Assembly: GCA_943354605.1 (NCBI GenBank)
Contig: CALRCK010000003.1
Span: 85,609 to 149,608, forward strand
DNA: 64,000 bases
Direction of reading: 5' to 3'
Source of the DNA: Candidatus Uhrbacteria bacterium
Lineage (GTDB): Bacteria > Patescibacteriota > Patescibacteriia > UBA9934
The translations under genes were made by a program, and so were the position numbers. Below the pieces are notes generated by a model that saw nothing but the letters and a program-made list of their open reading frames with translations, was not told where the DNA came from and made no database searches. Positions 58,462 to 64,000 of the stretch are shown one piece after another. The first letter of the stretch is position 1, and every line of letters starts with the position of its first letter.

Positions 58462-59613
58462 CTACTCGGTGATAACGATCTTGATGTGATCCTTCAACGT
58501 TGGCACGCGTTCAAGCCAGAAGGGGGTGAAGTTGACGGATGCGTCTTTCACCGCGTCAGATGCGCGAAGAAGCGTGAGGACTTCGTTTGGCGCACGGCCA
58601 ACAAAGCGATCCTTATTCAACACTGCAGAGTCTTCCGAAATAATCGCCTTGCCCTCAAGATACACGCCAAGGGTTGCAGCTCCCCTTTTTACGTCTGCGC
58701 TCTTGACGGACATCTGCACCGCGTCCGTTGAAACATTCTCTGCAGCGTAGCCCTCCGGAACGCGAGCGTAAAGCTGCGACAGTGCATACTTCTTTACCGC
58801 ATTCTGGTCGTAATACACCGCCGTCACCTCCATTGCGAGGGTAACGGTAAAACTTCCCACGTCAGCACCAACCGCAGCACTCGCACCTTGGGACGTGACG
58901 GTAGATGTGTACGATTCGCCAGTAAACACATTCCGATCCACATTCGCCGACATGGTGGTTTTTGCCTTTTCCAACAACGACGTTGAGACGGACGACACCG
59001 CGTCGTCGATATCCTTCTGCGTAAGGACACGCTTATACGAAACACCGCCTTTCATCGACTCCACGCTCACCGCGTAAATCGATTTCTGCATGGATTCTGG
59101 CAGTCCGGGAATGGTGAATTGCGTTGGACCAATCTCGCCGGAAAGCCCAGGCACGTCAGCATGAGCGATCACATCCACCTGACCTTTTGATGGTACGTTC
59201 ACCGCAGAATCGATACGGAATAGAATGCCGTCCTTCGACAACAACCGCGTGGTTGCAACAAGTGTCTGCGAAGCCGCAGATTCATTAATGATTGTAACGG
59301 TTCCACCCGCTTTTTCCTCTACCGCCGTTCCTCCGTCTGTTGGGAGCGTGATGATTTCCTGCGTATCAAATGATTGTTTCGAGACAATACCGCTCAACTC
59401 GCCGTCGTTCGCCGGATTCGCCACGGCCTGCACCTCCGTGTCCACCGAAATCACCCGGGGATTTGCAATAACGGTAATCGTTGCTCGGGAAATGGATAAA
59501 TAGAGCACCGCCAATAACAGGAAGAACGTCATGAACACAAATGCCACCGCAATCCGCTGATACACCTTCAGCGAACGCGAGAGTGGCTGTGCCCCGCGAG
59601 TTTCACGTGCCAT
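58462..59613 (-). CDS. Membrane-anchored protein of a CPR-type family (baseplate J-like region)
   Basis: N-terminal TM; A.G.VTI.N....Q.LVATTRL...G..FR...FTIPGL. Confidence 0.7.
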   Translation of the reverse strand: MARETRGAQPLSRSLKVYQRIAVAFVFMTFFLLLAVLYLSISRATITVIANPRVISVDTEVQAVANPANDGELSGIVSKQSFDTQEIITLPTDGGTAVEEKAGGTVTIINESAASQTLVATTRLLSKDGILFRIDSAVNVPSKGQVDVIAHADVPGLSGEIGPTQFTIPGLPESMQKSIYAVSVESMKGGVSYKRVLTQKDIDDAVSSVSTSLLEKAKTTMSANVDRNVFTGESYTSTVTSQGASAAVGADVGSFTVTLAMEVTAVYYDQNAVKKYALSQLYARVPEGYAAENVSTDAVQMSVKSADVKRGAATLGVYLEGKAIISEDSAVLNKDRFVGRAPNEVLTLLRASDAVKDASVNFTPFWLERVPTLKDHIKIVITE

Positions 59614-59657
59614 ATACAAAATCATAACACAAAAATCATCGGGTGGCGCCGAGGACG

Positions 59658-60575
59658 AAAAGGGTCAGGTCGTTTATTGCTAGATTTCATGAGTTATACT
59701 CGGGAATATGACTCGACCTCTTCGCATCGAATTCCCTGGTGCTTTTTATCACGTCACTTCGCGTGGCAATAAGCGTCAAAATATCTTCACGAATCACGAA
59801 GATCGAAATACATTCGTTAATGTTCTCGCGAGAACCATCAAAACGTACAACTGGAAATGCTATGCATTTTGTTTAATGGATAACCACTACCACATTCTTC
59901 TTCAAACACCAAATGGAGATCTTTCCACGGGCATGCGAGATTTGAACGGAATATACACACAACTCTTCAATAAAAAACACCACACCACTGGACATATCTT
60001 CGAAGGCCGCTATAGAGCCTTCGTCATTGAACAAGGAGAATATTTCTGTGAAGTTTTACGCTATACCGTGCTCAATCCTCTCCGAGCGAACATGGTAAAA
60101 AGGCCAGACGATTGGCCATGGAGCAGCTACAGCGCCACGGCATACGGGAGAAAAATGTACCCATTCGTTGATCAAAAATTCGTATTACGACTCTTTTCCC
60201 GCACTGATGGACTTGCTCGAGAACGATATCGCGCCTTTGTGCAAGATGGAGTCGATAAGCGGTCACCATTTCTGAATGTTCGGCATGGAACACTTCTTGG
60301 ATCGGATCGGTTTGTGATGGAGATCTGGAACCAATATTCAGATACCGAAAAAGAGCCGGAGATAAATCTCGATGAACGAAGGCTTGCAAGACCAACGCTC
60401 AAAGAACTCTTTGAAGACACGAAAACAAAAGAAGAACGAAATATCGTCATCAATCTTGCGCGACTACGATGTGCATATTCGATCACTGATATTGCAAAAC
60501 ATTTGCAACTCAATAGAGCAACTATTAGTAATATATTGCGAAATCAAACCTCGCAATAAACGACCTGACCCCTTT
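59658..60575 (+). mobile_element. RAYT/IS200-like element bounded by 23-bp inverted repeats
   Basis: Left AAAAGGGTCAGGTCGTTTATTGC (59658-59680); right GCAATAAACGACCTGACCCCTTT (60553-60575); 22/23 match; interior is AT-richer. Confidence 0.8.
59708..60559 (+). CDS. REP-associated tyrosine transposase (HUH, Y1) with C-terminal HTH
   Basis: MTRPLRIE..GA.YHVTSRGN, MDNHYH (HUH), Y..LNP.RA, WPWSSY; C-terminal IAKHL..NRATIS. Confidence 0.92.
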   Translation: MTRPLRIEFPGAFYHVTSRGNKRQNIFTNHEDRNTFVNVLARTIKTYNWKCYAFCLMDNHYHILLQTPNGDLSTGMRDLNGIYTQLFNKKHHTTGHIFEGRYRAFVIEQGEYFCEVLRYTVLNPLRANMVKRPDDWPWSSYSATAYGRKMYPFVDQKFVLRLFSRTDGLARERYRAFVQDGVDKRSPFLNVRHGTLLGSDRFVMEIWNQYSDTEKEPEINLDERRLARPTLKELFEDTKTKEERNIVINLARLRCAYSITDIAKHLQLNRATISNILRNQTSQ

Positions 60576-60584
60576 AGGGCCTCG

Positions 60585-63500
60585 TCAAACCTTCACATTC
60601 TCCTCCCCCACCACTTCCCCAACTTTTTTTACGACGTCCGACGACAGATCGACGGAATATTCGGTGCTCACTTTTCGCATTTCGCCCCCGGATTCTACCA
60701 AAAGGAATACGCGAGCACGGCCAGGATGGGCGCGGAAAATTTCACGAAGGCGCGCAATCATGTCGTGGGTTGGATTTTGCGGAACGGTAATCGACAATCC
60801 TTCACTGAGCGATCCTGCAGGTGCGGCAACCGGCGCCGGGGCCTCCATCGTCATCGGAATGTCGGACGCATTCGAATCTGTCCACCCGCCGCGCGCAAGC
60901 ATTCCTGTAAGCAATGGAATCTCTGGCTCCGTAAACGCAATCACGCCGTCGACGAGCACCGAATACTCCACTGTTTCCGATTCCTCGCGCTTCCGGTGCG
61001 ACACTTTCCCCATAATGAGCAACATCGCCTCTGGATTGAGCGACGCACGAGTCGTCACATAGGTTTTCGGGAACACTACAGATTCAATGCTTCCTGACGG
61101 ATCCTCAATGCGCACGAATGCCATGGGCTCGTTCTTCTTCTTGGTAAAAATCTGCTTGATATTACTCGCCACACCCGCAATCTTCACCATCGCACCGTCC
61201 TCAAACGTCGGAATTGCGCTCGCCTTTACGACATATGGCGAAAACTGATCGTAAAACAAACTCGCTGGGTGCGACGACACATACAATCCGAGCAGCTCTT
61301 TTTCCCACGTCAGGAGCAAGCCCGTAGGAATCTGCGGGACCGTTCGGAATTCAATCTTGTGCTCAACGATCGCTGGACCAACATCAAACAACGACGTTTG
61401 ATTTCGCGCCAATTCATGCTGCACGTGCTTGTTATAGAGGACAAGCGTATCGAGGTTCCCCACAAGTTGTGAGCGATCACCAAACCGATCCAACGCACCA
61501 GCCTTCGTCAGCGCTTCAAGCGTTTTCCGGTTAAACGCACTCGTCTTTACGCGGCCCAACACGTCGGCCAAATCCTTATACGGCCCGCCACGCTTTCGTT
61601 CACGCACAATCTCTTCGGCGACCTCTTGTCCAACGTTTTTAATTGCGGACAGTCCCCAGCGCACGTTCTTCGTATCCTTCACCACCGCAAAACCCGCAAA
61701 CGATTCGTTAATGTCTGGCGCAAGCACCGTGAGCCCCATGCGGCGGCACTCCTCAACTTCAATGGTGATGCGATCGATAATTCCCGAATCAGAATTCATC
61801 AGCGCAGCCATAAACTCCCCGGGATAATGCGCCTTCAAGTACGCGGTACGATACGCAATCATCGCATAACACGCCGCGTGAGACTTGTTGAATCCGTACG
61901 CCGCAAAATCCTCCAGCTTCTGGAACACTTTCATGGCGACATCGGGCTTCACGCCATTTTTGACGGAGCCGTCCACGAACTTCACCTTCATCTTTTCCAT
62001 CAACTCCGCTATCTTCTTTCCCATGGCCTTACGCAGCGTGTCAGCTTCGCCTCCGGTAAAGCCCGCCATGTCTTTTGCGACTTGCATGACCTGCTCCTGA
62101 TACACCGGAATACCGTACGTTTCGCGGAACGAGTTTTCCATGAGCGGATGTTCGTACACCACTTTTTCCGTTCCGTGCTTTCGGCGAATAAAACTTTCAA
62201 TAAATTGCATTGGCCCTGGGCGATATAAGGACACCATAGCGATAATGTCCTCGAACGCGCTTGGCTGAAGTTCCTTGATGTATCGCTTCATGCCGTCGGA
62301 TTCCAACTGGAACACGCCGGTGGTATCACCGCGACCGAGCAATGCAAATGTGAGCGCGTCGTCCAATGGCGCGTTGTCCAAATCAACCACCACGCCATGC
62401 ACGGCGCGAATAATATCGAGCGCGTCTTCAATAACGGTTAAGTTACTCAGTCCAAGGAAATCCATCTTCACGAGTCCAACTGCTTCCGCAGAGTTCAGTG
62501 AGTACTGCGTAATAAGCGCCATGTCTTCTTTTTGTCCTTGCTGGAGCGGAACACGCTGCACCAACGGCCTGTCGCCAATCACAATGCCGCACGCGTGCTG
62601 CGATGCATGACGAGGATTGCCCTCGATCTTCATCGCGAGGTCAATCACGCGCCGCGCCATCGGGTTGCCGTTGTACATCTGCTGCAAGTCTGGCGTTTCC
62701 ACGATCGCCACCTTGAGCGGCGTGTGCTTTCCTTGAATTGGCGGCGGAACCACCTTGGCAATCACATCGGCTTCTTGAAACGACAACCCAAGCACACGAG
62801 CCGCGTCGCGAACGGCAGCGCGCGGCATGAGTGTTCCGAATGTCACAATGCCTGCAACATGGTCCGCTCCGTACCGTTGGGTTACGTACTCCAACACTTT
62901 TCCGCGACCGCGATCCGCAAAGTCCGTATCAATATCCGGCATGGACACGCGATCTGGATTGAGGAATCGCTCAAAGAGGAGGTTGTAGCGCAACGGCTCG
63001 ATGTCGGTGATACGAAGCGCGTATGCAACAATACTTCCGGCCGCAGACCCACGCCCCGGCCCCACCAACACACCGTTGTCCTTTGCCCACGTAATGTAAT
63101 CTTGCACAATTAAGAAGTACGACGAAAACCCCATCTTCACGATAGTTGCGTATTCAAACTCGAATCGCTCCATCACGTTTAGCGGAATAGGATCCGCGTA
63201 CCGATCTTTCAATCCCTGAATACACAACTCTCGCATCACGTCGTTATCCGTTTTTCCTTCTGGCAGCGGATAAATCGGCAAAAAGTTCTTTCCAAGCTCC
63301 ATGGTGTAATTGACACGGTCGGCAACACGGCGCGTGTTCTCGAGCGCTTCTGGAACATCGGCAAACGCCGCCATGATTTCCTCGGGAGTTCCGAACGAAA
63401 GATCAACATCGTCCGTTGATGTACGACGAAAATCCTCGAGCGTGCGGCTTCGTTGAATGCACAGCTGCGCCTCGTAGCCTTCACGATCGTCCGGATTCAA

Positions 63501-64000
63501 GTAGAACACGTTCTTCGTGGCGATCAGCGGAACACCAAGCTTTACCGAAAGCGCTCGGAATGCATCGTTAATATCCACCTGCCGCGGCATGTCTGGGTGA
63601 TGGATGAGTTCGAGGAAAAAATTCTCGGCACCAAAAATATCTTGATACTCACGGATCAGCTTCTCGGCTTTTTCATGCTCCCCGCCAAGATACGCATGAG
63701 CAATTTCGCCACTAACGCTTCCCGACAACGCAATAAGCCCCTTCGAGTGCGTTCTCAAAAACGCCTTATCGACACGCGGCTTGTAATAGAAACCTTCCAA
63801 GAATGCCGCCGAAACGATCGCGAGCAAGTTTCGATACCCCTCCTCGTTCTCCACGATGAGGACGAGGCGGTACGGACGATCATCGAGTCGTGGCCTGCGA
63901 TCCGTCATGCCATGCTGGGCAACGTAAATATCGGCGCCGATAATCGGCTTGATTTCCGCCTCCTTACACGCCTTATAAAACTCCACCGCGCCGTACAGGT
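60585..64000 (-). CDS. dnaE: DNA polymerase III alpha subunit (5' end outside the window)
   Basis: PHP domain; GPGRGSAAGS, PDIDTDF, KMDFLGL, YGFNKSH; OB fold. Confidence 0.98.
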   Translation of the reverse strand, partial: LYGAVEFYKACKEAEIKPIIGADIYVAQHGMTDRRPRLDDRPYRLVLIVENEEGYRNLLAIVSAAFLEGFYYKPRVDKAFLRTHSKGLIALSGSVSGEIAHAYLGGEHEKAEKLIREYQDIFGAENFFLELIHHPDMPRQVDINDAFRALSVKLGVPLIATKNVFYLNPDDREGYEAQLCIQRSRTLEDFRRTSTDDVDLSFGTPEEIMAAFADVPEALENTRRVADRVNYTMELGKNFLPIYPLPEGKTDNDVMRELCIQGLKDRYADPIPLNVMERFEFEYATIVKMGFSSYFLIVQDYITWAKDNGVLVGPGRGSAAGSIVAYALRITDIEPLRYNLLFERFLNPDRVSMPDIDTDFADRGRGKVLEYVTQRYGADHVAGIVTFGTLMPRAAVRDAARVLGLSFQEADVIAKVVPPPIQGKHTPLKVAIVETPDLQQMYNGNPMARRVIDLAMKIEGNPRHASQHACGIVIGDRPLVQRVPLQQGQKEDMALITQYSLNSAEAVGLVKMDFLGLSNLTVIEDALDIIRAVHGVVVDLDNAPLDDALTFALLGRGDTTGVFQLESDGMKRYIKELQPSAFEDIIAMVSLYRPGPMQFIESFIRRKHGTEKVVYEHPLMENSFRETYGIPVYQEQVMQVAKDMAGFTGGEADTLRKAMGKKIAELMEKMKVKFVDGSVKNGVKPDVAMKVFQKLEDFAAYGFNKSHAACYAMIAYRTAYLKAHYPGEFMAALMNSDSGIIDRITIEVEECRRMGLTVLAPDINESFAGFAVVKDTKNVRWGLSAIKNVGQEVAEEIVRERKRGGPYKDLADVLGRVKTSAFNRKTLEALTKAGALDRFGDRSQLVGNLDTLVLYNKHVQHELARNQTSLFDVGPAIVEHKIEFRTVPQIPTGLLLTWEKELLGLYVSSHPASLFYDQFSPYVVKASAIPTFEDGAMVKIAGVASNIKQIFTKKKNEPMAFVRIEDPSGSIESVVFPKTYVTTRASLNPEAMLLIMGKVSHRKREESETVEYSVLVDGVIAFTEPEIPLLTGMLARGGWTDSNASDIPMTMEAPAPVAAPAGSLSEGLSITVPQNPTHDMIARLREIFRAHPGRARVFLLVESGGEMRKVSTEYSVDLSSDVVKKVGEVVGEENVKV

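Overview
Chromosomal window from a reduced-genome bacterium. Gene content suggests Patescibacteria/CPR, probably a Parcubacteria-type lineage; this is inferred from CPR-typical hypothetical proteins, a short Tsf and a ThrS lacking its TGS domain. TGA is used as a stop codon. Most of the window is housekeeping: rplJL, xseAB, metK, gap-pgk-eno, rpsB-tsf, queA, rpmE-prfA-prmC, rplY, rodA, gyrB, secE-nusG-rplK-rplA, a thymidylate cluster with a DHFR-ThyA fusion, gatB, miaA, thrS and dnaE. It also holds an SOS cassette (lexA, three small ORFs, a four-helix-bundle gene, dinB), a RAYT-type HUH transposase with terminal inverted repeats, and several dispersed palindromic repeat families, some inserted in-frame in genes. 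The best candidate for a new system is at 21030-21302 (minus strand). It is a 77-nt tRNA-like gene with alanine identity elements (G3.U70, A73) and a deformed anticodon arm, and its promoter carries the same TGTTCG-N5-TGTTCG box as the lexA promoter. Directly upstream is a predicted ~70-nt sRNA with its own promoter and terminator and a 13-nt perfect complement to that anticodon arm, suggesting an SOS-inducible tRNA-like toxin with an antisense antitoxin. The second candidate is a ~120-nt covarying hairpin present in six copies, five of them ending 6-12 nt upstream of a start codon. All calls were made by eye, with no database searches.
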